39,050 bases of DNA from Kayfunavirus PDP351P3. Shown piece by piece: positions 15,924-24,504 of this stretch. The translations under genes and the position numbers were made by a program. The notes under the pieces were generated by a model. The model saw only the letters and a list, made by a program, of their open reading frames with translations, had not been told where the DNA came from and made no database searches. Every line of letters starts with the position of its first letter. Position 1 is the stretch's first letter. The stretch lies in sequence record OZ035732.1; one strand, given 5' to 3'.

Positions 15924-17939
15924 ATGTTTGACCTTAAGGATATTTGGGGTTCGGACATCGAGACCAACGGTCTCCTTGATACAGTATCCCAGTTTCACTG
16001 TGGGGTCCTGATTAACGCCGAGTCGAATGAGACCCTTAAGTATGGGGTAGCTCCGATGGTCGGTATCATCGGGGGCTTCAAAGAGTATGTGCAGAAGGTG
16101 GAAGAGATTGCCACATCACCTGATGGTATGCTGGTATTCCACAACGGTATCAACTATGACGTCCCGGCTATTGACAAGCTGAAGCGTCTGTACTTTGGTA
16201 AACGCTTTAACTTCCCGAAACACAAGATGATTGATACCTTGGTTCTGGGCCGCTTGATGTACCCAAACATTAAGTTCTCAGACATGGGCGCGGTGAAATC
16301 TGGTCGTCTGCCGCCTAAGATGATGGGACGCCAGTCTCTTGAGGCTTGGGGCTATCGTCTAGGTGAGATGAAGGGTGAGTACAAACACGATTACGTTGCC
16401 AAGTGCAAGGCCGAAGGTATCGAATATAAGTCTGGGGACGAATGGTTGTTCCCATCTCAGGAGATGCTGGACTATAACGTTCAAGACGTTGTGGTCACGC
16501 TGGCGTTGTTCAAGAAGTTCCTGACTGACAAGTATTACTTCCAGTCTGAACAGTTCGCTTTCGAACAGATTTATGCGTTGCGTCTGGAACATGATGCTGC
16601 GTGGACCTGCGCGAAGATGGAGCGTAATGGCTATCCGATGAACACCGAGATGGTCGAAGGCTTATATCGTGAACTCACTGTCAAACGTGCGGAGTTACTG
16701 GACAAGCTGCGCTCTACTTTCGGTAGCTGGTACGCACCAAAGGGAGGCAAGGAGTTCTTCAGGCATCCACGGACAGGTAAGGACCTTCCGAAGTACCCGA
16801 GAGTCGTGTATCCTAAGGTAGGTGGCATCTTTAAGAAGCCGAAGAACAAAGCTCAACGCTTAGGTCTTGAACCTTGTGAACTCGATACGCGAGACACGAT
16901 GGAGGGAGCACCCTTCACGCCAATCACTTACGTTGAGTTTAATCCGGGAAGCGGAGACCACTTAGCGAAAGTCCTGATGGAGCGTGGTTGGGAGCCTGTG
17001 GACTTCACTGACACTGGGAAACCGGTAGTTGATGACGAGACGTTAGAACACGTTAAGTTGCCAGACGCAGAGGCTCAGGCTTGCGTAGAGCTGGTCCGTG
17101 AGTATCTGGTAGTCCAGAAGAGAATCGGGCAGGCTGCTGAAGGTAAGAACGCATGGTTGAAACTTGTAGGTCCAGACGGACGTATGCATGGTTCAATCAA
17201 TCCATGTGGTGCAGTAACAGGACGTGCGACCCATAGTTCACCAAACATGGCTCAGGTCCCTGCTAACGGTGCTCCGTATGGTGAGACTTGCCGTGGTGCT
17301 TTCGGTGCAGCGTGGAACAAGAAGGACGGTAAGCCAGACCCTTGGATTCAAGTAGGCGTGGATGCTTCAGGTCTTGAGCTTCGTTGTCTGGGGAACCGAG
17401 CGGCTCCGTTTGATGGTGGAGATTATGCGAAGACTGTGGTCGAAGGTGACATCCACTGGGCCAACGCAGTCAACGCTGGGTTAGCACCTAACGTCCCACG
17501 CGACAAGTCGAACCACGACCACGAGGCTTTCCGTAACAACGCTAAGACGTTCATCTATGCGTTCCTGTATGGTGCAGGGGCAGCTAAGATTGGACTGATA
17601 GTAGGCGGTGGGAAGAAGGAAGGTTCAGCTCTCATGAAGAAATTCATTGAGGGCACACCAGCCATCAAGGACCTCAGGGAAGCTGTGAGTAATACGTTAA
17701 TCTCAGACTCTAAGTGGGTAGATGGTGAGAACATCGTTAAGTGGAAACGCCGATGGTTGCGTGGACTTGATGGTCGCCGTATCCACATCCGGTCTCCACA
17801 CTCAGCACTTAACGCCTTACTTCAAGGCGATGGTGCGGTAATCTGTAAGCACTGGATTGTCGAGACTGAACGTATGCTCGAAGAGGCCGGGTATGTCCAC
17901 GGCTGGGAAGGAGACTTCGCATACATGGCATGGGTGCAT
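15924..17939 (+). CDS. DNA polymerase (T7 gene 5-like), exon 1
   Basis: 672 codons; SDIE.N.LL..V..FHCGV, HNG..YDVPA, NVQDVVVT, GSWY.PKGG.E.F.HPRTGK.LPKYPR, DASGLELRC, AKTFIY.FLYGAG, KWKRRW..GLDGR..H.RSPH.ALN.LLQ, FAYMAWVH match recalled T7 gp5; frame then runs into intron. Confidence 0.9.
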
Positions 17940-18540
17940 AAACTATCTCATTGTGCACATTAAATCTGGTGAACTCGGTGAAACCCTTCTAGGGCAATAC
18001 CGAGCCAAGCCATAGGGAGGATATATGAGAGGCAAGAAGTTAATCCTTGCGACCACAGAGAGTGGTTGTATCATCCCTACGTCACACAAACTTAATGCTG
18101 ATGGTTATTTCCGAAAGAGGACTAACGGTGTCCTAGAGATGTATCACAGGACAGTATGGAAGGAACAGCACGGAGATATACCAGAAGGGTATGAAGTAGA
18201 CCACAAGTGTAGGAACAGGGCATGCTGTAATGCAGAGCATCTCCAGTTACTAGAAGGGTCTGAGCATGCAGTCAAGACAAACAGTGAACGCTACGCTGAC
18301 CGTAAAGAGTCTGCGAGGGAATACTGGTTGGAGACTGGATGTACAGGAACACACTTAGGTGAGAAGTTTGGTGTTACGTTCTCTGCCGCGTGTAAGTGGA
18401 TTAGAGAGTGGAAGGCGTAGAGACTATCCGAAAGGAGTAGGGCCGAGGGTGAGATTCCCTCGTTACCCGAAGCGCCAGACAGTCAACTCAAAGGCTGATG
18501 ATATAGTCCGACACTCCTAGTAATAGGAGAATACAGAAAG
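17940..18540 (+). mobile_element. group I intron interrupting DNA polymerase motif C, carrying an HNH homing endonuclease gene
   Basis: 5' exon ends in U (17939), intron ends in G (18540); exon GUGCAU can pair with intron GUGCAC (17953-17958) as P1; P7 strands AGAGACUA (18419-18426) and GAUAUAGUCC (18500-18509); flanking exons rejoin in frame to give ...AWVH-DEIQV... Confidence 0.8.
18025..18420 (+). CDS. intron-encoded HNH homing endonuclease
   Basis: 131-aa ORF with GGGAGG RBS inside the intron; HNH family motif (YHRTVWKEQHGDIPEGYEVDHKCRNRACCNAEHLQL) shared with ORFs 351-752 and 21443-21835; AGG/AGA-rich codon usage. Confidence 0.85.
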   Translation: MRGKKLILATTESGCIIPTSHKLNADGYFRKRTNGVLEMYHRTVWKEQHGDIPEGYEVDHKCRNRACCNAEHLQLLEGSEHAVKTNSERYADRKESAREYWLETGCTGTHLGEKFGVTFSAACKWIREWKA

Positions 18541-18696
18541 GATGAGATTCAAGTAGCTTGTCGTACTCAGGAGATTGCCGAAGAAGTCGTCAAGATTGCT
18601 CAACTTGCTATGCGTAAGGTGGGTGAGTTCTATAACTTTAAATGTGTTCTTGATACGGAGGGTAAGATTGGACCCACGTGGAAAGAATGTCATTAA
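18541..18696 (+). CDS. DNA polymerase (T7 gene 5-like), exon 2
   Basis: 51 codons DEIQVACRTQEIAEEVVKIAQLAMRKVGEFYNFKCVLDTEGKIGPTWKECH*, colinear with recalled T7 gp5 C-terminus (DEIQVGCRTEEIA...RCLLDTEGKMGPNWAICH). Confidence 0.85.
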   Translation, partial: DEIQVACRTQEIAEEVVKIAQLAMRKVGEFYNFKCVLDTEGKIGPTWKECH

Positions 18697-18714
18697 CGGA
18701 AAGGAGTAGCACTA

Positions 18715-19005
18715 ATGGCTATGACCAAACGTATGCGAGTTTCGTTCTCGCTTGGTACTGTGTTGTCAACTGAAAAAGTGGAGAACTTCAAGAATAATCT
18801 CTGCGAGCTGAGCCGTAAGGTCCTCAACGGAGAGAAGACCACTGGTTTTGAGCGCAAGATGGTAGAGGTTGGTGTGACTGAAGGTCTGGAAGCTGTAATC
18901 GAACTTGTCTTAAAGAGAGACATCGTCTACGGTATGAAAGAAGACCTTAGCAACTACTATGACCCGCTGAGCTTTGGTAACTTCCGGGTGGAGTTCAAGA
19001 AATGA
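18715..19005 (+). CDS. gp5.5-like protein (candidate H-NS-binding protein)
   Basis: 96 aa; N-terminus MAMTKRMRVSF matches recalled T7 gp5.5 MAMTKKFKVSF; synteny. Confidence 0.65.
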   Translation: MAMTKRMRVSFSLGTVLSTEKVENFKNNLCELSRKVLNGEKTTGFERKMVEVGVTEGLEAVIELVLKRDIVYGMKEDLSNYYDPLSFGNFRVEFKK

Positions 19006-19211
19006 GTGAATACTTACGGGTCCTTGCGGCCCTTAAGTCCTGCCCGAAGACCTTCCAGTCCAACTATGTGCGCAACAACGCCGCACTTGTGGCTGAGGCT
19101 GCGAGTCGTGGACATCTAAGCTGCCTGTCTATGGATGGGCGTAACAACGGTGCGTGGGAGATTACCGCTGCTGGCACCAAGTTCCTGAACCAACACGGAG
19201 GCTGTTTATGA
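19002..19211 (+). CDS. gp5.7-like protein
   Basis: 69 aa; MSEYLRVLAALKSCPKTFQSNYVRNNAALVAEAASRGHLSCL...GAWEITAAGTKFL nearly colinear with recalled T7 gp5.7. Confidence 0.8.
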   Translation: MSEYLRVLAALKSCPKTFQSNYVRNNAALVAEAASRGHLSCLSMDGRNNGAWEITAAGTKFLNQHGGCL

Positions 19212-20074
19212 GCGAGAAGAAGATAGCTCTGGTTCTGGATGGAGACTATCTGGTCTTCTCTTCTATGGCTGCTGCCGAGGACGAGACAGATTGGGGTGAT
19301 GACATCTGGACCCTTATCTGCGACCACGAGAAGGCTCGTCGTATCCTTGAGAACACCATCGCTGAAATCGTTAAGAAGCGAAAGGCGTGGAAAGACGCTA
19401 AGATTGTGATGTGTTTCACTGATGATGATAACTGGCGCAAGTCCATCCTGCCTACCTATAAGGCCAACCGTAAAGGTTCTCGCAAGCCTGTAGGATACAA
19501 GAAGTTCGTAGCTGAAGTGATGTCTGACCCACGGTTCAACAGCTTCCTTCGTCCTACGCTTGAGGGTGATGACTGTATGGGTATCATCGGGACACGACCT
19601 CAGATTGTCGGGTGTGACCATGCGGTGCTGGTGTCCTGTGATAAGGACTTCAAGACAATCCCGAACTGCGAGTTCTTCTGGTTAACCACTGGTGAAATCC
19701 TGAGTCATACGACTGCCGAGGCAGACTACTGGCACATGGAGCAGACCATCAAGGGTGACATTACAGACGGCTACGGTGGCATTCCTGGGATGGGCGAGGA
19801 CACCACTCGTGCGTTCCTTGACGAGCCGTACTACTTCGTGCAGGAGAGCCGTGAGCTTAAGACTGGTAAGAACAAAGGGCAGATTAAGACTGAGTGGAAG
19901 AAATATCCGAAGCGTGAAGACATGACGCTGTGGGACTGCATGGTTACACTGGCTGCTAAGGCTGGCATGACCGAGGAGGAACTTCTGGTCCAAGCTCAGG
20001 TCGCTCGTATTTGTCGAGCCTCTGACTACGACCCTAAGTCCAAGGAGGTCATCCTGTGGACACCATCCATGTAG
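19208..20074 (+). CDS. 5'-3' exonuclease (T7 gene 6-like)
   Basis: ATG 19208 overlapping gp5.7 stop (track ORF 19154 is an upstream extension); CDHEKARRILE, WRKS..P.YKANRK...KPVGY, LEGDD.MG, SCDKDFKTIPNC.F.W.TTG.IL, W...QTIKGDITDGY.GI.G, LWDC, KAGMTEE match recalled T7 gp6. Confidence 0.93.
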   Translation: MSEKKIALVLDGDYLVFSSMAAAEDETDWGDDIWTLICDHEKARRILENTIAEIVKKRKAWKDAKIVMCFTDDDNWRKSILPTYKANRKGSRKPVGYKKFVAEVMSDPRFNSFLRPTLEGDDCMGIIGTRPQIVGCDHAVLVSCDKDFKTIPNCEFFWLTTGEILSHTTAEADYWHMEQTIKGDITDGYGGIPGMGEDTTRAFLDEPYYFVQESRELKTGKNKGQIKTEWKKYPKREDMTLWDCMVTLAAKAGMTEEELLVQAQVARICRASDYDPKSKEVILWTPSM

Positions 20075-20148
20075 TCTACTGGGCCGGACTTCTGGCCCTT
20101 TACTGTATGTACAAGTGGTTCGGGTCGAACAACCGTCCTAAACACTGA
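20056..20148 (+). CDS. hypothetical small hydrophobic peptide (30 aa, GTG start; gene 6.3 position)
   Basis: AAGGAGG RBS 7 nt upstream of GTG; VVYWAGLLALYCMYKWF; below ORF-track cutoff. Confidence 0.25.
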   Translation: MDTIHVVYWAGLLALYCMYKWFGSNNRPKH

Positions 20149-20200
20149 GTCTAACCGATAGTCATATCCTATCAATCCAACAGTCATCCATAGGTGAAAC

Positions 20201-20223
20201 ACTAAACTATCACTATAGGGACT
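20201..20223 (+). promoter_or_regulatory. phage RNAP promoter (phi6.5-like)
   Basis: ACTAAACTATCACTATA-GGGACT. Confidence 0.75.
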
Positions 20224-20284
20224 TTAGGACCTAAGATATGACTATAAGATAGACTTTAGTCTTAACTTAAAGAGGAGATTCAAG

Positions 20285-20557
20285 ATGGCGATTAATGCTA
20301 TTGAAAACGTTGTTAAGCAGTTACAGGAAGAAAGACTTGATGTCCCGAACATCTCCCAGTCTGCCATCCAGTTCCTGCACGTACTGTTCAACGCAAGCTA
20401 CGCTGAGAAGACGGGAGCTATCAGCCTCCTCAAGCAGCAGGGCTACAGCGATGCGTTCATTGCCGGGTTTATCAAGGGTCTCCAGTATTGCTCTGACACT
20501 CTCGACTCTGCGATTGCTATGCGTCGTGAGCTGAAAGATACCGTTCAGTTCGATTAA
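20285..20557 (+). CDS. hypothetical protein (gene 6.5 position)
   Basis: 90-aa ORF-track ORF with AGAGGAG RBS after the phi6.5-like promoter. Confidence 0.5.
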   Translation: MAINAIENVVKQLQEERLDVPNISQSAIQFLHVLFNASYAEKTGAISLLKQQGYSDAFIAGFIKGLQYCSDTLDSAIAMRRELKDTVQFD

Positions 20558-20571
20558 CTGTAGGAGGGACT

Positions 20572-20796
20572 ATGTGTTTCAGTCCAAAGATTAGCACTCC
20601 GAAGCCTTCGGTACAAGCACCTGAACCGGCACCTCTGAGTGAGGAAGTTGCGTCAGTTGACATCGGGGCTGAAGAGGACGTGGACACCAACGAGACCAAA
20701 GGTATCAAAGACCTGAAGGTCAAGAAGGAGTCTGCGCCTAAAGATAAATCGTCAGTGAGTCGCGCTATGCGTAACTCTGGCGTAAACATGGGGTAA
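20572..20796 (+). CDS. gp6.7-like virion protein
   Basis: 74 aa; N-terminus MCFSPKISTPK and EPAPLSEEV match recalled T7 gp6.7 (MCFSPKIKTPK...EPAPLTQEV). Confidence 0.75.
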   Translation: MCFSPKISTPKPSVQAPEPAPLSEEVASVDIGAEEDVDTNETKGIKDLKVKKESAPKDKSSVSRAMRNSGVNMG

Positions 20797-20800
20797 GACA

Positions 20801-21205
20801 ATGCTACCATATCTCAACTCACGCGAAGGTCGCCACATGTGCGCCTGTCGCCTCTGGGAAGACGGGCAGTCTAACTTCAAGTCATTCGAGGACTTCAAGG
20901 CTCATACTTACCGTATGGCTGACGAGTTCGACGGTGAAGAGTACACAATCTACGATGCCTCAGGTCAACCAGTAGCGTATCTCTACATGCTGGCTACCGC
21001 ATCTTGGCACCGACCGACTCCCGGTCTTGACCTTTCAATCGTCGCTATTCGTCGTGACTCGCAGTCCTCCCGCAAGGTTCTTGAGACTGTCAGACACATC
21101 ATATACGAAGAGTGCAAGCGTTGGGGTCTTGGCTGGTATTCTCGTGTCAAGCATGTTTCAGGGTCGGTAGACATCGTAACAACTAAGGAGATTAACCGTG
21201 GGTAA
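20801..21205 (+). CDS. gp7-like protein (by synteny)
   Basis: 134-aa ORF-track ORF between 6.7 and 7.3; no confident sequence recall. Confidence 0.55.
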   Translation: MLPYLNSREGRHMCACRLWEDGQSNFKSFEDFKAHTYRMADEFDGEEYTIYDASGQPVAYLYMLATASWHRPTPGLDLSIVAIRRDSQSSRKVLETVRHIIYEECKRWGLGWYSRVKHVSGSVDIVTTKEINRG

Positions 21206-21446
21206 ATCAATCAGTAAGGCTTTCAAGAAAGTGGTGAAAAGTACGTTAGGGACAGTGGGTCTTGGCTCTGACGATGCTCCTAAGGTTGTTGAGGCTCAGA
21301 CCCCAGCAGCACCAGTGGAAGTACCGAACGACCAAGTGGAGGATGTGGATACTGAAACAACCGCATCTGATGAGAAGAAAGTGAAGCGTTCTGGTAAGCG
21401 TAGCCTTCAGGTCTCTCGCACCTCTGGTGGAGGCATCTCTATATGA
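21198..21446 (+). CDS. gp7.3-like tail/adsorption protein
   Basis: 82 aa, GTG start with AAGGAG RBS; MGK...KK..K, central VEVP, KRSGKRSLQVSRTSGGGISI vs recalled T7 gp7.3 ...GGKKSLSVARSSGGGINI. Confidence 0.75.
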   Translation: MGKSISKAFKKVVKSTLGTVGLGSDDAPKVVEAQTPAAPVEVPNDQVEDVDTETTASDEKKVKRSGKRSLQVSRTSGGGISI

Positions 21447-21835
21447 CACCATGTCATGAATGGGGTGGATATTGCACCAAGGATGGCTACGGTGAAACTA
21501 GGGTAGATGGGCGCAAGGTTCGCGTTCATCGCCTAGAGTGGACGAAACACTACGGACCCATTCCGCATGACAAAGTGGTTCGCCACAAGTGTGACAACCC
21601 TAAGTGTTTTAATATTGAACACCTAGAGTTAGGAACAACACAAGATAACACGGCTGACAGAGTGTCTCGTGGTCGAAGCGCCAAAGGAGAGGATAACGGT
21701 AACGCCATCCTCACTATTGATATTGTCAATGAGATTCGCGAGAGTGGCATGTCTCAGCGCAAAATAGCGAAGACCTATGGAGTGTCACAGTCTACCGTAT
21801 CTAAAATCAAACGCAATGTAACGTGGAGGGCATAA
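21443..21835 (+). CDS. HNH endonuclease with C-terminal helix-turn-helix (gene 7.7 position)
   Basis: 130 aa; VHRLEWTKHYGPIPHDKVVRHKCDNPKCFNIEHLEL (HNH); C-terminal QRKIAKTYGVSQSTVSKIKRN (HTH-like); T7 gene 7.7 is also an HNH-type gene. Confidence 0.85.
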   Translation: MTPCHEWGGYCTKDGYGETRVDGRKVRVHRLEWTKHYGPIPHDKVVRHKCDNPKCFNIEHLELGTTQDNTADRVSRGRSAKGEDNGNAILTIDIVNEIRESGMSQRKIAKTYGVSQSTVSKIKRNVTWRA

Positions 21836-21836
21836 C

Positions 21837-23405
21837 ATGGCAGAACGTGAAGGATTTGCGGCTGAGGGGGCGAAGGCAGTTTATGATAGGCTAAAGAACG
21901 GACGACAGCCTTACGAGACCCGCGCACAAAACTGCGCTGCCGTGACCATCCCCTCTCTATTTCCTAAGGAGTCAGATAACTCCTCTACGGAATACGTGAC
22001 GCCGTGGCAAGCTGTGGGTGCTCGCTGCTTGAACAACTTGGCTGCAAAGCTGATGTTGGCATTATTCCCTCAGTCACCGTGGATGCGACTGACAGTCTCC
22101 GAATATGAGGCCAAGACCTTGAGTCAGGACTCAGAGGCTGCTGCTCGTGTTGACGAAGGGCTTGCTATGGTCGAGCGTGTGTTGATGGCCTACATGGAGA
22201 CTAACAGTTTCCGTGTCCCATTGTTTGAGGCTCTTAAGCAGCTTATCGTCTCCGGTAACTGTCTGCTCTACATTCCAGAGCCTGAACAGGGAACCTACAG
22301 TCCTATGCGAATGTACCGCTTAGTGTCCTACGTTGTTCAACGTGATGCTTTCGGTAACATCTTACAGATTGTGACTCTCGACAAGGTAGCGTTTAGTGCT
22401 CTACCGGAAGACGTGAAGTCTCAACTAAACGCAGACGACTATGAGCCTGACACCGAGCTGGAAGTGTATACGCACATCTACCGTCAGGACGACGAGTATC
22501 TGCGCTACGAGGAAGTGGAAGGAATTGAGGTAGCAGGGACCGAGGGTTCTTACCCACTGACTGCATGTCCGTACATCCCGGTACGAATGGTTCGACTGGA
22601 TGGTGAAGACTATGGTCGTTCTTACTGCGAGGAGTATCTGGGAGACCTGAACTCGCTGGAGACGATTACAGAAGCTATCACCAAAATGGCTAAGGTAGCC
22701 TCCAAGGTGGTGGGCCTCGTTAACCCGAACGGTATCACGCAACCCCGTCGTCTGAACAAGGCGGCTACAGGTGAGTTCGTGGCTGGTCGAGTTGAGGACA
22801 TCAACTTCCTGCAACTGACGAAAGGTCAGGACTTTACGATTGCCAAGTCGGTGGCTGACGCTATCGAGCAACGTTTAGGATGGGCCTTCCTTCTTAATAG
22901 TGCTGTTCAGCGTAATGCCGAGCGAGTCACTGCTGAAGAGATTCGTTATGTTGCTGGCGAACTGGAGGCGACCTTAGGTGGCGTGTACTCAGTACAATCC
23001 CAAGAGCTTCAGTTACCTATCGTCCGTGTGTTGATGAACCAGCTTCAGTCTGCTGGCATGATTCCTGACCTTCCGAAAGAAGCGGTAGAGCCTACGGTAT
23101 CCACTGGTCTAGAAGCGTTAGGTCGTGGTCAGGACTTGGAGAAGCTAACTCAGGCAGTCAACATGATGACCGGGCTACAGCCTCTGCAACAGGACCCAGA
23201 CATTAACTTGCCTACCCTTAAGCTGCGACTGCTGAATGCCTTAGGCATTGACACCGCTGGTCTGCTGCTTACTCAGGACGAGAAGTTGCAACGTATGGCT
23301 GAACAATCCGCTCAAGGAGCTGTGGTCAACGGTGCGTCTGCTGCTGGTGCTAATATGGGTGCTGCTGTAGGTCAGGGAGCTGGTGAGGACATGGCTCAAG
23401 CCTAA
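21837..23405 (+). CDS. portal (head-tail connector) protein (T7 gp8-like)
   Basis: 522 aa; PYETRAQNCA..TIPSLFPK.SDN.ST.Y.TPWQAVGAR.LNNLA.KLMLALFP, RLDGE.YGRSY.EEYLGDL.SLE, ERVTAEEIRYVA.ELE.TLGGVYS..SQELQLP.VRVL match recalled T7 gp8. Confidence 0.97.
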   Translation: MAEREGFAAEGAKAVYDRLKNGRQPYETRAQNCAAVTIPSLFPKESDNSSTEYVTPWQAVGARCLNNLAAKLMLALFPQSPWMRLTVSEYEAKTLSQDSEAAARVDEGLAMVERVLMAYMETNSFRVPLFEALKQLIVSGNCLLYIPEPEQGTYSPMRMYRLVSYVVQRDAFGNILQIVTLDKVAFSALPEDVKSQLNADDYEPDTELEVYTHIYRQDDEYLRYEEVEGIEVAGTEGSYPLTACPYIPVRMVRLDGEDYGRSYCEEYLGDLNSLETITEAITKMAKVASKVVGLVNPNGITQPRRLNKAATGEFVAGRVEDINFLQLTKGQDFTIAKSVADAIEQRLGWAFLLNSAVQRNAERVTAEEIRYVAGELEATLGGVYSVQSQELQLPIVRVLMNQLQSAGMIPDLPKEAVEPTVSTGLEALGRGQDLEKLTQAVNMMTGLQPLQQDPDINLPTLKLRLLNALGIDTAGLLLTQDEKLQRMAEQSAQGAVVNGASAAGANMGAAVGQGAGEDMAQA

Positions 23406-23422
23406 ACTATCACTATAGGAAC
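23400..23422 (+). promoter_or_regulatory. phage RNAP promoter (phi9-like)
   Basis: CCTAAACTATCACTATA-GGAACA; starts inside the portal stop region. Confidence 0.75.
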
Positions 23423-23493
23423 AACGTCTGGTCTACAATTTGTAGGTTTCTAGTCCGTTGTTCCTACCATTTCAATCAAAGGAGAATGACTCA

Positions 23494-24378
23494 ATGTCTC
23501 AATCAGTTTATGCCGAGTTCGGCGTTAGCTCTAATGCAATCACTGGTTCCGTTGAGGACCTGAACGAACACCAGAAGTCTATGCTTGAACAGGACGTAGC
23601 GGTTCGCGATGGCGATGATGCTATTACCTTCAAGCAACTGGAAGCCGAAAACGAAGAGGCTACCGAAGAAGACGAGAACGTCGAAGAGACTGAAGGTGAA
23701 GAAGACCACGAGTCAGATGATGAAGAGTCTGAGACAGATGGCGAGCAACCTGAGTTCGTCGAACTTGGTGATGCGCCGAAAGAGCTGACCGAAAGTGTCA
23801 CCGCTCTGGATGAAAACGAAGCTGCATTTGACGACATGGTGTCTTCTGCTGTAGAAGCTGGCAAGGTCACTGCTGATGAAATTACCGCTATCAAGGCTGA
23901 ATACGCCAAGGACGGTAAGTTGTCTGACGCATCCTACGCTAAGTTGCAGGAAGCAGGTTACACCAAGCGTTTCGTAGATTCGTTTGTACGTGGTCAGGAA
24001 GCTCTGGCTGAACAGTATGCTGCTGGCGTGGTACGCTACGCTGGTGGTGCTGAACAGTTTAATCGCATCCTGTCTCACCTTGAGGCCAACGACCCGTCAA
24101 CTCGTGAAGCACTGGAAGCTGCTATCGTTCGTAAGGACATTGCGACTACCAAAGCTCTGCTGAATCTGGCTGGCAAGACTCTTGGTAAAGCTGTGGGCGT
24201 TAAACCTCAGCGTACAATCACCAATCAGGCTAAACCTGTGGTCGCACCTAAGGCTCCTCAGACCGAAGCATTCAGCTCCAAGGCTGATATGATTAAGGCT
24301 ATGAGTGACCCGCGATACCTGCGTGACGCTAAGTACACGATGGAAGTTCGCGCTAAGGTAGCTGCCTCAAGCCTGTAG
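23494..24378 (+). CDS. capsid assembly (scaffolding) protein (T7 gp9-like)
   Basis: ATG 23494 with AAAGGAGAA RBS (track ORF 23458 is an upstream extension); acidic; YAKLQEAGYTK.FVDSFVRGQEAL.EQY, KAMSDPRY..DA.Y match recalled T7 gp9. Confidence 0.9.
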   Translation: MSQSVYAEFGVSSNAITGSVEDLNEHQKSMLEQDVAVRDGDDAITFKQLEAENEEATEEDENVEETEGEEDHESDDEESETDGEQPEFVELGDAPKELTESVTALDENEAAFDDMVSSAVEAGKVTADEITAIKAEYAKDGKLSDASYAKLQEAGYTKRFVDSFVRGQEALAEQYAAGVVRYAGGAEQFNRILSHLEANDPSTREALEAAIVRKDIATTKALLNLAGKTLGKAVGVKPQRTITNQAKPVVAPKAPQTEAFSSKADMIKAMSDPRYLRDAKYTMEVRAKVAASSL

Positions 24379-24379
24379 G

Positions 24380-24402
24380 ACTAAACTATCACTATAGGGA
24401 GA
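24380..24402 (+). promoter_or_regulatory. phage RNAP promoter (phi10-like, strong late promoter)
   Basis: ACTAAACTATCACTATA-GGGAGACC; +1 to +6 GGGAGA identical to T7 class III consensus; about 100-nt leader containing AAACTTTATC (epsilon-enhancer-like) and AGGAGA RBS. Confidence 0.85.
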
Positions 24403-24504
24403 CCAAGAGAAAGACTCAATGTTTCCCTATTACTTCAGTCCATACGGATTGGGCGTACAGTAAGTAATAAACTTTATCTTTCAATCGAATAGGAGAATTA
24501 TCAT

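Noticed and set aside
19154-19207. Upstream extension of the exonuclease ORF (track ORF 19154-20074)
   Set aside because: The extension overlaps gp5.7 in another frame and has no RBS. ATG 19208 aligns with the recalled T7 gp6 N-terminus and overlaps the gp5.7 stop.
24419-24463. 14-codon upstream ORF in the capsid gene leader
   Set aside because: No RBS; it lies within a leader likely devoted to translational enhancement of the capsid gene.
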